Shown: positions 27,901 to 36,898 of the stretch, piece by piece
How positions within the stretch are numbered: the first letter of the stretch is position 1
Layout of the letters: every line of letters begins with the position of its first letter
Virus record (IMG/VR): IMGVR_UViG_3300032163_000003
Location: 1-64,000 of that record
Length of the DNA: 64,000 nucleotides
Reading direction: 5' to 3' (one strand)
From: a virus
The notes under the pieces: generated by a model
The model's input: only the letters and a program-made list of their open reading frames with translations
Databases searched by the model: none
Told to the model about the DNA's origin: nothing
Program-made: the position numbers and the translations under genes

Positions 27901-28115
27901 GAATAACCGCTTGTACCTACTATTCCAGAGTATCCAGAAATACCTGAATATCCAGAAGTTCCAACTAGTCCTGAATACCCTGAGTATCCGCTTATTCCGC
28001 TAATTCCAGAATAGCCTGAAATACCACTTCCTGAAATAGACGATGAACCATCCGAATTAATATAAGCTTTTTTAGTTTCACCCTCATATAACTCTATATT
28101 TCCAAATATTTTCAT
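24942..28115 (-). CDS. Mosaic tail fibre/receptor-binding protein
   Basis: GxSGYS repeats, ~165-aa internal duplication, GNVGIG motifs, 17-aa NTTG beta-roll repeats, terminal LEAHGLL. Confidence 0.85.
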   Translation of the reverse strand: MKIFGNIELYEGETKKAYINSDGSSSISGSGISGYSGISGISGYSGYSGLVGTSGYSGISGYSGIVGTSGYSGIGLTGLTSGYLPKATSATTLADSVALENWFDQAVKTSSSPTFAGLGATPIVTSYAGPHAIGGDVVTTVQFYVKGEFVSTGDVIGMRCGSVLTPGGTNRGGYGAFVYPGFRIVANQVHPLVASIWVGPPIIFPASGASVTEATTLLVAGAPTAGVSNYAVNVLTGASRFGALTASLPIVTNSDKVLASLAYTGATSFRKNLGLETDDSPTLAGLTVGALAGVLKATAGVIGGSAVHSDLGSIGANDHHNAITLDTNADTLLSLSTQALGLDNQAANLGFFGPVSGAVAAPTFRALVDADFPATLNPTLAGLGATPIVTSYAGPHAIGGTLYSHLQYHFGGSFVSTSNAFGLFLDSTLTPAVGAYGAYEAYIQGTLKMVANQTHPEFATLYLMAPEIIAASGASITEAATLIILNAPTLGVKNYAVDVQAGASRFGALTASLPVVTNADKVLASLAYTGATSFRKNLGLETDDSPTFNQGNFTTLHTTTILADHIGEHVGAHTVVFDTTIALPAATIVPDAGTIGLGSGKGTIQFTDAATDFISFMNCNVGIGTLTPPSRLSVQGTTATDLPTYGAEFLSESDWTSTDWTGSWGAGWTHTTGNTSVLSQSTAAVNATKYQITYTVTGRTAGSFTIDFGGQSRTTNGTSTFGPTTTSTANLTITPTSTFDGTIFISIKAITAGTTALSSYAFSNGTVGMELRVSGGVNNTFIGLNAGLYTTTGISNLAAGASALQMNTTGSAAAAIGYGALQNNTVGAGNQALGYGALYYNISGNYNIALGMQCLYYNTTGSYNVGIGQAASAYNTTGSYNVGIGQYASAYNTTGSYNTGIGGQALFKNTTGYSNVGIGCNALWDLNITADDGSGNNTAVGYNTGKGIVTGINNTIIGANVTGLAAGLSNTIIIADGSGNQRIYIDDAGNVGIGDTAPGEKLDVTGNINCTGVLKVDDVQVVSNQGAHVVDADAGTIVAQFNTLLTRLEAHGLLASA
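25426..25547. repeat. 51-bp near-perfect tandem repeats in tail fibre
   Basis: TAGCTACCAGTAGTGTTGTA units start at 25426, 25477 and 25528. Confidence 0.85.
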
Positions 28116-28132
28116 TGATGTTCCTTAATATT

Positions 28133-28486
28133 TTATGGACAAGTACAACCAGTACCTGAGTAAGTTCTAAATGGACCATGATACCAACCAAGATACTTAA
28201 GTAAAGATTCATTCCAATAAAATCTAAACAAATAGTAATCACCTACGCCAGGAAAGTAGGTTAAAGGTCCGTTGTGTTCTCCAAATTTTTCCCACAGGAT
28301 GTTAGTTGGCCAACCTACGCTATGTCCTCCACCAGCTGTATCAAAGATCTCTAATGTAAGAATAGCTGTACTATCAATAGGTGGTATAAATCTAATACAA
28401 GCTTTCGTAGTTAAAGTAAAGAACTGTTCACAATCAACGTTCCAATAAACTGTTATATTTCCCCCTGATCCAAGATCATACGACAT
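28133..28486 (-). CDS. Tail-fibre-associated small protein
   Basis: AGGAG RBS before MSYDL; GGHSVGWPTNILW pattern; class B motif upstream. Confidence 0.55.
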   Translation of the reverse strand: MSYDLGSGGNITVYWNVDCEQFFTLTTKACIRFIPPIDSTAILTLEIFDTAGGGHSVGWPTNILWEKFGEHNGPLTYFPGVGDYYLFRFYWNESLLKYLGWYHGPFRTYSGTGCTCP

Positions 28487-28634
28487 GACAAAAACTCCTT
28501 TTATATTTAAGATCAGATCCTCAACTTTTACAACTCTAAAGAATTTATTATTTGTTCTGAAATATATAGTCCTACAGTTATATATATTTCTAATTGAAAG
28601 GATAGAAACTAATTTATTTTTTAAGGAGGAAAGA

Positions 28635-29093
28635 ATGAAAGAAGATGATGTTTTGGTTAACGAGGAAAATGCTATGTGGAACAATGTGTTGGGATTCTTG
28701 AGTTTGGAACTGTTTGGACCTGAGATCACAGAATCGATAGGACATCACATTTTCAAGGGATTCCCAATACAGAAAGAGGAAACAGTAATAGATGTAAAAC
28801 TGGCTAATTGGGAAAAGCGGTTATTTATCATGACTGACGCTGCACTGGAGTATGGACAGAACAACCAGGATGATCTTCCAGTCTACAAAGCCAAAGCAAC
28901 ATTACGGATAGCTGATGCTTTGCGTGAGATCTTCTGGGCGAACCTCTCTCTCAGACATAAAGAAGTAAGAAACAAGGGCTTTGGTGTAAGAGAGGGACTC
29001 AAAGTAGTCGAGATTCCTAAGACTCAAGAGCCCGAAGGGAATCCATTAGAGAGACTACTCAAAACATTCCCATTTCCACCACCCAGAAAGTAA
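28635..29093 (+). CDS. Hypothetical protein (class A promoter)
   Basis: AAGGAGG RBS, promoter motif at 28578, terminator at 29108. Confidence 0.6.
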   Translation: MKEDDVLVNEENAMWNNVLGFLSLELFGPEITESIGHHIFKGFPIQKEETVIDVKLANWEKRLFIMTDAALEYGQNNQDDLPVYKAKATLRIADALREIFWANLSLRHKEVRNKGFGVREGLKVVEIPKTQEPEGNPLERLLKTFPFPPPRK

Positions 29094-29107
29094 ATCAAAA
29101 TCCAAAT

Positions 29108-29148
29108 GATAAACTCCAGTTGAGAAATCTTCTGGAGTTTATTTTTTA
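29108..29148 (+). terminator. Intrinsic terminator
   Basis: ATAAACTCCAG...CTGGAGTTTAT followed by a T-tract. Confidence 0.7.
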
Positions 29149-29289
29149 AAAGGAGAAAAAAAATAAAAAGGAGGGTAAATAATTGAGATTGGTTCAAACT
29201 TATCATTTTGTGAAATTTGCTATAGAAGCTCTTGCGTGGTGCATAGTAGTAGTTCTCATTTATTATATACTAAGGTAAGACATCGGCAG

Positions 29290-29334
29290 AATAAACTCTT
29301 AGATACTAGAACAGATCTAAGAGTTTATTTTTTT
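29290..29334. terminator. Intrinsic terminator
   Basis: ATAAACTCTTAGAT...ATCTAAGAGTTTAT followed by a T-tract. Confidence 0.7.
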
Positions 29335-29340
29335 GTCAAT

Positions 29341-29808
29341 TTAGCAACAAGCTTCTTCTAAACTAGGCCCACAACAAGAAGAACATTCAGTCTCTTTAAC
29401 TTCTTCATGACCTTCTTTTCCTAAAATATAAGGAGAGATCGGAACTAATTCATGCCACAATATATCATCTTTAATTCCTTCCCAAGTAGATCTAGATAAC
29501 TTACCATCCTTAAGATCTCTTCCTCTATTCCAATCTTCACCAGGTTTTTTCATTCTAGAAGTACAAGTACATCCTAAGTAAGACTTATACTTATCATTAG
29601 TAGTTTCTTGTACGGCAACTATATGGTACTCAAACAATCTAGTATAGAATGTAAACCTAAAAGTAAAGTTAGATCTACCACTAGAATCACAATCACCAGA
29701 ATCTTCAGTAATGTTAAGATATTCCTTAGAGTTGTATCCAACTCTAACCAATTCTGTCATCCACTGCTTTACGTTGTTAATACTAGCTACGATTTCCACG
29801 TCTTCCAT
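29341..29808 (-). CDS. Conserved phage hypothetical protein
   Basis: YLGC...R.KKPGEDWNRGRDL.DG.LS..TW..I motif. Confidence 0.6.
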   Translation of the reverse strand: MEDVEIVASINNVKQWMTELVRVGYNSKEYLNITEDSGDCDSSGRSNFTFRFTFYTRLFEYHIVAVQETTNDKYKSYLGCTCTSRMKKPGEDWNRGRDLKDGKLSRSTWEGIKDDILWHELVPISPYILGKEGHEEVKETECSSCCGPSLEEACC

Positions 29809-29842
29809 ATTCTATGTTCTCCTCTTAAGATTAGTTCTAGTC

Positions 29843-30550
29843 TTACTTCTCTTTCTCGATTTTTGTGAATGTACCAAATCTTTTAACTGTATCAGCGAAT
29901 CCATACTTTACAGCTTCATCTGCATCAAGCCACAATTCTTTCTTTTTAATCTTTTCGTTTAACTCTTGTTTAGTAATTTTACTATGCATTATAATGTAAT
30001 CGTTAACTTTATCTTGGATCTTTCTCATGATCTTAGCTTCTTCTTCCTTATCTGCTGGTGTTTCAATAGCAAAGAACTTAAACTGCCAAAACTCATGAAA
30101 CATGATCATTGACCATTCATCAAGGTATCTATAACCCGGATTCCCTGAAATTAAAATCAATAAACCAGCACTCGCAATTAAACCACGTCCTCGAATTTCT
30201 ATAATCTTACCTGTAGACTGTTGTTCTTTGAAAATAGAGATAATACCCATAGCATCAAATAGACTTCCACCAGAGGTAAGTAAATCTATAACTACAACCT
30301 TATAGCTAATACTCTTTAAAGAAAGAAAAACATCTCTTATATTATTAAAGTCTATGTATCGAATAGACATGTAAATAGTATCTCCATATTTAGATACACC
30401 TTCTGGAAGTATATTATCTGCTGTAAGTTTACCCTTAGCATCTGCACTATATCCTTCTCTTATAGAAAATCCAAAGACAAGGCAACTAATTAAGACTAGT
30501 ATAACTACTATTAAATTTAAACGTTTCATTGTTTGTTCCTTTTTCCTCAA
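29843..30550 (-). CDS. ClpP-like serine protease with N-terminal signal/TM segment
   Basis: TSGGSLFDAMGI, GLIASAG, MIMFH, WLDADEAVKYGFAD. Confidence 0.8.
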   Translation of the reverse strand: MRKKEQTMKRLNLIVVILVLISCLVFGFSIREGYSADAKGKLTADNILPEGVSKYGDTIYMSIRYIDFNNIRDVFLSLKSISYKVVVIDLLTSGGSLFDAMGIISIFKEQQSTGKIIEIRGRGLIASAGLLILISGNPGYRYLDEWSMIMFHEFWQFKFFAIETPADKEEEAKIMRKIQDKVNDYIIMHSKITKQELNEKIKKKELWLDADEAVKYGFADTVKRFGTFTKIEKEK

Positions 30551-31024
30551 TTTTTTACTTCCATAATCATCAATTTATCCTATTCTTACATCAGAAGTAT
30601 TTATATTTTGTTCTAAATACTATATGTTTAATGAGTAAATTACAGATAATATCTAATTGTAAGTTAATGGATCGGATCTCATCTATCTATTTAGAGTTAA
30701 GGGTTCAGAGTCCTGGAAAATGTGAGTGTTGTGCGTGAACTTGTAGTGCTCACATAGTGGTACTGAGAATTATTCAGGTTTCTTGGTAGTAACACTGAGC
30801 GGAACTCTGTGAGGAACTGTTCTTAGTACAGGGTAGAAACCAGAATACGATTGTACCAAATTTGTACCTACATTTTATTGCTCACAGTCCAACTAACAGC
30901 GTATCTTACGCACAATTAGCACTTTCCAAACCCACGCACTAGCAGTTCCCCACACAATCCAACTAACATGATTCTTCACTAATTAATTAGATCATGAAAG
31001 CCCCATAGAAAAGACATAGTCTAA

Positions 31025-33199
31025 TTAAATGTATTTGTTTTCTATAGTGGCTAGACTATTTTCATGAGCAACTTTTATTCCATTTAACCCACGATTATAA
31101 GTATTAATGGTGGCTTCATATTGTTCTTTAGTCATACCACCTGAATTGTATAGATTAGTAGTCTTCTGAATACCAGTATTAAGTACTTGAACACCACTTG
31201 TATATTTTTGATTCTCTCCTGCTATTGCTGAGCTTCTTGCTTGCATTTTTTCTTGACTTGCTGCTACTGTTGGTTCTACTTGTGCTTTCACAGTCTCCTC
31301 TGCTGTAGTTGGGAATGTGTCTGCTTTCTTAACTTCTTCTACTGTTGGTTTGGGTGTTATTGTTGTTTTAATACTTTGTCCTAAATCCTTAACTGTACCA
31401 GTAGCTTTTGTTATACTTTCAGATAATTGTTTAGCTTTAGAACTTGCTCCATCTATTACTGACGTTGCTATCTTAGTTCCTGCTGCATAGACTGCTGTTC
31501 CTGTTGCAGTTAACTTACTTGATACTCCACCCCAGAACGAATCTGATTGTCCAGGAGCTTTACCTCCTTCAGGTAATTCTTTAGGTACATTCTTAGAGTC
31601 TCCTGGTACAGCGCCATATTCATCTTGTATATATGCACTATCTTCTGGGACTGCTGCCATAGCCTCTGCTGCGTCTATCATCTGATCTCTACTTGCTCCT
31701 GGAGTCAGTCCTGCTACTTGAGTTGCTTGTGTTTCTGGTCTCACTCCTTCATAGTACTGTGCTGCTTCTAGTTGATCTTGTAACTTTTTATCTTGTAGAG
31801 CTTTCTGTTCTGCGTTCTGTCCCGCATAGTCTTCCATTTCTTGTGTCTGTTTAGCTTGATCTAACTTAGATGCTTCTAGTTCCTTATCTCTTCCTGCTAC
31901 AATTCTAGCTTCTCTATCTACTTCACCCGGAGCGGTAGCAGCATCTGCTTCTTTCTTTTTAAGATATGCAGCATCTGCTTCATCATCTGACATTACTCTT
32001 GGAGACGGATTCTGGTACGCAGTAGGATCAACAGTACTGGTTGGTGTTCCTGGTGCTGTAACAATATCTTCGTCTGAAGGTATTCCTCTAGATGTTGAAG
32101 TTACATTTGGTGCTCCTGGTTGGGGGCCATACATTTTTGGCGCTACAGTTCTTTCTCCCAACTGGTCTATATAGTCTCCAACTGATGGAACACTGGTAGA
32201 GGTCCTCCGTCCCAACATAACAGAATGCAGCGGTTGGAACTCTAATCTGACATCAATCATGCTAGGTCTATTATTCCATGACATTTGGTTTTCGGGACCA
32301 GGTTGTACTGTGATCCCTATGCATGATGCCATCTTCCACTTAAACAGTCCGGGACTCCAAATTTGATGAATATAAGGCCAACGATATAGATTATCTTGGT
32401 CAGATAGTGGTGCTCCAAGCATTAAAAGTACAGTTAATGGTTCAATGATGTACTTATTGTAACATACATCACTAGCCTGATTTGGGTTATATAACCTTAC
32501 CGGAATTGAGACCGGACCAGAGAATCCACTACCCATCCACACTTTAGGGAAATCAACTCTAGCACCAGTTAACATTTGACCTACTACACTTAACCCAGTA
32601 CTGACCATGTTTCTTACACCTTGTTGTGTATTAGTTGGTAATTTATCTATTGCTTTTTCACCAAGACCTGCTATTCCTTTTATCAAATCGCCAATTTTTC
32701 CGCTTGCCCATTCTCCTGCTCCTTTTCCCCTTTGTCCGGCAACCGCTCCCCCCAACTGTCCTGGGAGTTTTTGTGCTAAGCTTCCAAGACTAGTAGAACC
32801 TGACATTTGGGCTAACTGTCCAAGTAGAGGTCCTCCAACTGATGTAATACTCTCTAAGAAACTAGCACCATAATCATTAGATAACTGAATGCCTGGAATA
32901 GCTTCAGGAAGGAATGCAATAGGAATAGCATTAGAGTCTGTTTTTAACAAAATATCATAATCATTCATTAACATATCTTGAAATTCACCTAGTTTATCAT
33001 CAAAATGAAAAACATCTAAACCAGCAACAAATTGTCCTTGACCAGGTATAAGATACATAAGGGGAATGGATCCCTTTAAAACTTCATTAGAGAAATACAG
33101 TTCAACAGGAGGAAACCCAATTGGTAATCTAGTTGCTGTACTCTCTCCGGAAGATAGTGGATATCCCGGGGTTTTTGCTGCTTTAGCTGGATCTGCCAT
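31025..33199 (-). CDS. Baseplate/tail-tube-initiator-like protein with long low-complexity C-terminus
   Basis: FPKVWMGS...RLYNP...RPSMIDVRLEF tube-like pattern; Ala/Thr/Gln-rich tail. Confidence 0.5.
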   Translation of the reverse strand: MADPAKAAKTPGYPLSSGESTATRLPIGFPPVELYFSNEVLKGSIPLMYLIPGQGQFVAGLDVFHFDDKLGEFQDMLMNDYDILLKTDSNAIPIAFLPEAIPGIQLSNDYGASFLESITSVGGPLLGQLAQMSGSTSLGSLAQKLPGQLGGAVAGQRGKGAGEWASGKIGDLIKGIAGLGEKAIDKLPTNTQQGVRNMVSTGLSVVGQMLTGARVDFPKVWMGSGFSGPVSIPVRLYNPNQASDVCYNKYIIEPLTVLLMLGAPLSDQDNLYRWPYIHQIWSPGLFKWKMASCIGITVQPGPENQMSWNNRPSMIDVRLEFQPLHSVMLGRRTSTSVPSVGDYIDQLGERTVAPKMYGPQPGAPNVTSTSRGIPSDEDIVTAPGTPTSTVDPTAYQNPSPRVMSDDEADAAYLKKKEADAATAPGEVDREARIVAGRDKELEASKLDQAKQTQEMEDYAGQNAEQKALQDKKLQDQLEAAQYYEGVRPETQATQVAGLTPGASRDQMIDAAEAMAAVPEDSAYIQDEYGAVPGDSKNVPKELPEGGKAPGQSDSFWGGVSSKLTATGTAVYAAGTKIATSVIDGASSKAKQLSESITKATGTVKDLGQSIKTTITPKPTVEEVKKADTFPTTAEETVKAQVEPTVAASQEKMQARSSAIAGENQKYTSGVQVLNTGIQKTTNLYNSGGMTKEQYEATINTYNRGLNGIKVAHENSLATIENKYI

Positions 33200-33472
33200 T
33201 TATGTCTCCTTACTTAAAATTGCTCTAAAGTGAATTTTGTTTGTTTAAGCCTTAAAATCACTATGAATGGATTTGTGTTTGAACCCCAGTTCCGTGGACT
33301 TTGAAAATACACGATTGTGCGTGTATCCGGTTATGTGACCGGTCATGTGAAGGTACTAGTAGCACCGTTGTCCTGACAGTCTGACAAAACTGTCCTTTTG
33401 GTACGGTGGTGGTGTTTTTTACTTCGCCATCCCCGATCGTCCGATACCGAGATTTTTTACAAAAAAAATTTT

Positions 33473-33729
33473 TCAGTTTGAAACTGTTTCTTTTAACTTC
33501 GTTATTTCATCTCTAGCAGTAGATATCTCGTCATCCCAATGTCTCCGACAACTTTTTAAATCTGAATACTCATGCCCCCATTCTTTACCTTGTTTTACAA
33601 GTCTTGGACAATTCTTCTTTGCAATCTCACATTTCTTTATAAACCCTGTAAACGCTGAATCCGTTCTTTAGGGTCAGACTTGAAAAAGCCTTCTGTAAGT
33701 CCCTCTACTAGTCTATAAAATGAGAACAT
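33473..33729 (-). CDS. FSFY-leader family protein with -1 frameshift
   Basis: MFSFYRLVEGLTE...QGL* (30 aa); G GGT TTA heptamer at 33646-33640; -1 frame continues IKKCEIAKKNC...C...SN*. Confidence 0.55.
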
Positions 33730-33732
33730 ATC

Positions 33733-34233
33733 TTATTCCTCTGTCTTAGCTGCTTTCTGGACCTTTTGTCTTTGTAATGCAAGGACTCTAATTGTTCTAA
33801 AAAAATTCTTCTTTGTTACTGGATCTTTAATTTCTGTTCCTGATTTTGCTAATCGTTTTATTGATGGACGTAAACTGGGATCTAGATAAAATTCGTCTAA
33901 TTGATCTGTTCTTTTTAATCCTTCTACTTTAGCTGCTTGCTGCGCAGCTGCTTTATTCTTTTGTGCTACCTCTCTAGAAGCTCTATATACTCCTGATAAA
34001 AAAGACGAAGCTCGTTTGCCACTAAGGGGGGTTGATCCTTTGAATACTTCTTTAACTCTCCCTGGATCTCGCATTCTAGCTCTAGCTTCCCATGACCTCT
34101 TTGTTTCTTTTTTGGCTTTTCTTAATGGAAAAAATACACTGGGTTTAAGTTTAGTCATTGTACTTATACCTTTTTCCCATTTGTATTCATTTAACTGATC
34201 TAACGTTTCTACTAGTCTATAGAATGAAAACAT
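33733..34233 (-). CDS. FSFY-leader family protein
   Basis: MFSFYRLVETLDQLNE; basic payload. Confidence 0.7.
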   Translation of the reverse strand: MFSFYRLVETLDQLNEYKWEKGISTMTKLKPSVFFPLRKAKKETKRSWEARARMRDPGRVKEVFKGSTPLSGKRASSFLSGVYRASREVAQKNKAAAQQAAKVEGLKRTDQLDEFYLDPSLRPSIKRLAKSGTEIKDPVTKKNFFRTIRVLALQRQKVQKAAKTEE

Positions 34234-34235
34234 GA

Positions 34236-34451
34236 TTATGTCTCCTTACTTGATTTCATATGTGAATAATCTTTTAAGTATCTTGGATCTTTCCACATGC
34301 AAGTATCACAAACTATTATCTCACCAGAATTTGCATAGTTACCCCAGGGTTCACCAGTTGGCCCAACTGCATAAAATCCGGCCGTGGCTGTTTCGGTTCT
34401 AATTCCATCTATCATTTTTCCACATCGGTCGCACTTGACGGTTACTTTCAT
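34236..34451 (-). CDS. Small zinc-finger protein
   Basis: CDRC...CDTC. Confidence 0.55.
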   Translation of the reverse strand: MKVTVKCDRCGKMIDGIRTETATAGFYAVGPTGEPWGNYANSGEIIVCDTCMWKDPRYLKDYSHMKSSKET

Positions 34452-34693
34452 TAGAGTCTATTCCTTCTTCTATCATTACATATTATACCAGTTGAACTAA
34501 CATTAATATCTATATTAATAACTTTACCAAATAATCTTTCTAACCAGTCTAACTTTCCGTTTCCACCACATACATGACATAAATAGGGAATTTTTAATTC
34601 CCCGGTAAATTCGGTTCCTATCCCTTCACACTTTGGACATATGATGTCGGTCTTTTGGAGGTCTTCTTTTTGAACTCCAAGTTTACCGTTCAT
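34451..34693 (-). CDS. DnaJ-like zinc finger/DW family protein
   Basis: CPKCEGIG...CHVCGGNGKLDWLERLFG. Confidence 0.6.
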   Translation of the reverse strand: MNGKLGVQKEDLQKTDIICPKCEGIGTEFTGELKIPYLCHVCGGNGKLDWLERLFGKVINIDINVSSTGIICNDRRRNRL

Positions 34694-34914
34694 TCTTCTA
34701 CTGGTCCTGCTAAATTCTTTTCTGCAGGTTCAGGTTCTGGCTCTTTAGTCTTTACTAGAGATAGTATTTTCTTCTTCCCTGGATTTTCTGGAGGATTGAT
34801 AGCTCCCGCTGCTGAAACTCCACTACTTGTTGGAAGTCCAGCAACTCCTGCGTCCCCTCCTGCGTCTTCATATAGTTTACCTAACGCTTCTACTAGTCTA
34901 TAAAATGAAAACAT
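34690..34914 (-). CDS. FSFY-leader family protein
   Basis: MFSFYRLVEALGKLYED; Gly/Ala/Pro payload. Confidence 0.7.
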   Translation of the reverse strand: MFSFYRLVEALGKLYEDAGGDAGVAGLPTSSGVSAAGAINPPENPGKKKILSLVKTKEPEPEPAEKNLAGPVEE

Positions 34915-34942
34915 ATCTTAATCTCCAATTGTTTTGTCTATG

Positions 34943-35335
34943 TTAAAATTTTAGAAGTGGGCCAGTCTTTATCTGTATGTCTGGTACTATGTTAACTAAA
35001 GTAGCAACTAAATATCTTGTGCTCTTGGTTCGTTCAGAGTTTTCCATCAGAATGGTACCTTCTAGTATTTTAAATTCGGATCCTTTGAAACTAAGAAGTC
35101 CCATGCTAAAACTTGTAACGTCATTTTTGTTTTCGTCTGTTAGCGTTACGACAAGATTTCCCTTTATGGGAATGTCAGTTTCATTCTGTATAGTTACTTT
35201 CCATTCTAATATACATCCGTCAGAACTACATGCAGCAGATAGTACTGCTGGAGTTATACTTACTTGACCATGTACTGCTGGAGCTATGAGTAATAGACTT
35301 AAGACTATTAACAATACTGCTAAGAATTTTTTCAT
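34943..35335 (-). CDS. Secreted/membrane Ig-like beta protein
   Basis: Signal peptide MKKFLAVLLIVLSLLLIAPAVHG. Confidence 0.55.
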   Translation of the reverse strand: MKKFLAVLLIVLSLLLIAPAVHGQVSITPAVLSAACSSDGCILEWKVTIQNETDIPIKGNLVVTLTDENKNDVTSFSMGLLSFKGSEFKILEGTILMENSERTKSTRYLVATLVNIVPDIQIKTGPLLKF

Positions 35336-35346
35336 TTATATCTCCT

Positions 35347-35568
35347 CTATACTTCTGCTTCGTCTTTCTTCTCTACATAGCAAGGACAATTATGTTGCCT
35401 ATTTTTCTCGTTATTAAAATAGACACATCTACCAGCTTCTGAGACTCCTGCTTGTTTACACCCCGGAATACATAAGTTATCTTTCTTTTTCCATTTGGAA
35501 CAGACCTTACCATTTCCACAATAATCTTCTTGTTCTAATACTTCAAGTAATTTATAGAATGAAAACAT
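35347..35568 (-). CDS. FSFY-leader family protein, Cys-rich payload
   Basis: MFSFYKLLEVLEQED + seven Cys. Confidence 0.7.
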   Translation of the reverse strand: MFSFYKLLEVLEQEDYCGNGKVCSKWKKKDNLCIPGCKQAGVSEAGRCVYFNNEKNRQHNCPCYVEKKDEAEV

Positions 35569-35794
35569 GAGATTTAATCTCCTTTATTTATCACACTCTT
35601 TGCAATCTAACTCACTAGCGCCGATACCTGTAGTTCTGAATTCTTCTATGTGTCCACACTCAAGAGTTGTTTCTACTATGTGATATATTGTATGATGAAC
35701 TTCATTGCTTAGATAACCCGAACATCCCTGTGGGTCTGTCCATGTTCTATCTGTATGTTTATAAGATATAACTTTTCTAATCATTATTTTATTT

Positions 35795-36064
35795 CTATTC
35801 CTCTTCTGCTGGTTCCGCTTGCATTTTAAATCTTGACATTGCGGAAGATACTTTTTGTTTAGCATGTTGCGCTGCTTTGAAAGCGTTTACATATAATTGT
35901 TTATCTAGAGGAACTTTTGATTTCATATATGCTTTTCTACGTACTATCGCTGTTGCTATCTTATCTTTCCATGAAGAAAGAGATGGATTGTTTGAGCTTA
36001 AATTTCGATTCCATACCGCTTCTAGTAATTCTAGTTCTTCTATTAATTGGTAGAAACTAAACAT
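35795..36064 (-). CDS. FSFY-leader family protein
   Basis: MFSFYQLIEELELLEA. Confidence 0.7.
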   Translation of the reverse strand: MFSFYQLIEELELLEAVWNRNLSSNNPSLSSWKDKIATAIVRRKAYMKSKVPLDKQLYVNAFKAAQHAKQKVSSAMSRFKMQAEPAEEE

Positions 36065-36357
36065 TACTTTCTATCTCCTTACATGCCCTACATTTAAGTC
36101 CTGGAATTACGCACCTTTTGAAAGTAATTCCTAAAATGAAGTCTAGTAAACAATATGTTATACCTAGATAGATTAGAATTTCCATTTTCTTAGATCTCCT
36201 ATGTGAACGTGAACCTACGGTGCTTGCGATCCTGCTTTAAAGATAATACACTTACCTACAATCTAGTCCACACCCACATGAACCAGCCCGAGTGAAAATC
36301 CTTAAAAGGATTTTCTTTATCCACACTTTTAGTTTAACAAAAAATACTTTCATATTT

Positions 36358-36897
36358 TTATTTCCGTATCTTTGAACCTTTATATTTTTCCGACGTTAAC
36401 TCTCTATATCTTTCTCTTAGTTCTAGAATTTTTTCCTCTGATGTGTCTACACAGTTCTGTCTGAGGAAAGCGCGTTCTTTACTAATTTTTGTATAACAAT
36501 TCTGAATTCGTTTTCTTAGAAGTCCTATTTGTACTTCTATTGCTTGCAACTTTAGTTTCTTTCTACATTCAAATCCTTCTACTCCTGTTTTAGAAAAACA
36601 TGTTTCTTTTTCTTTAGCTTCGAAATGAGCAGCTACCGCTCCTATAATAGCAGCAATTGTTATAATTCCTAACACTCCTAATGTACTTACTTTTTGTTTT
36701 TTCTTTCCTTCTAAAACATATGGAATAAAAGTTTCTTCAACTTCTTCGGGGTTTTCCGATTGTAGAATCATAGGTTCCTTATCTTTAGACTGTAGTATCG
36801 GTGCATTCGGAGCTATCTTAACTATTTTTGGATCTCTAACTTGTGGAGCTTCAGTTCTATCTAACTCAATAAGTTTTATAATTCTACTTATTCTCAT
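36358..36897 (-). CDS. Hypothetical protein, hydrophobic helix + four Cys
   Basis: C-terminus parallels 15889-16425. Confidence 0.55.
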   Translation of the reverse strand: MRISRIIKLIELDRTEAPQVRDPKIVKIAPNAPILQSKDKEPMILQSENPEEVEETFIPYVLEGKKKQKVSTLGVLGIITIAAIIGAVAAHFEAKEKETCFSKTGVEGFECRKKLKLQAIEVQIGLLRKRIQNCYTKISKERAFLRQNCVDTSEEKILELRERYRELTSEKYKGSKIRK

Positions 36898-36898
36898 T

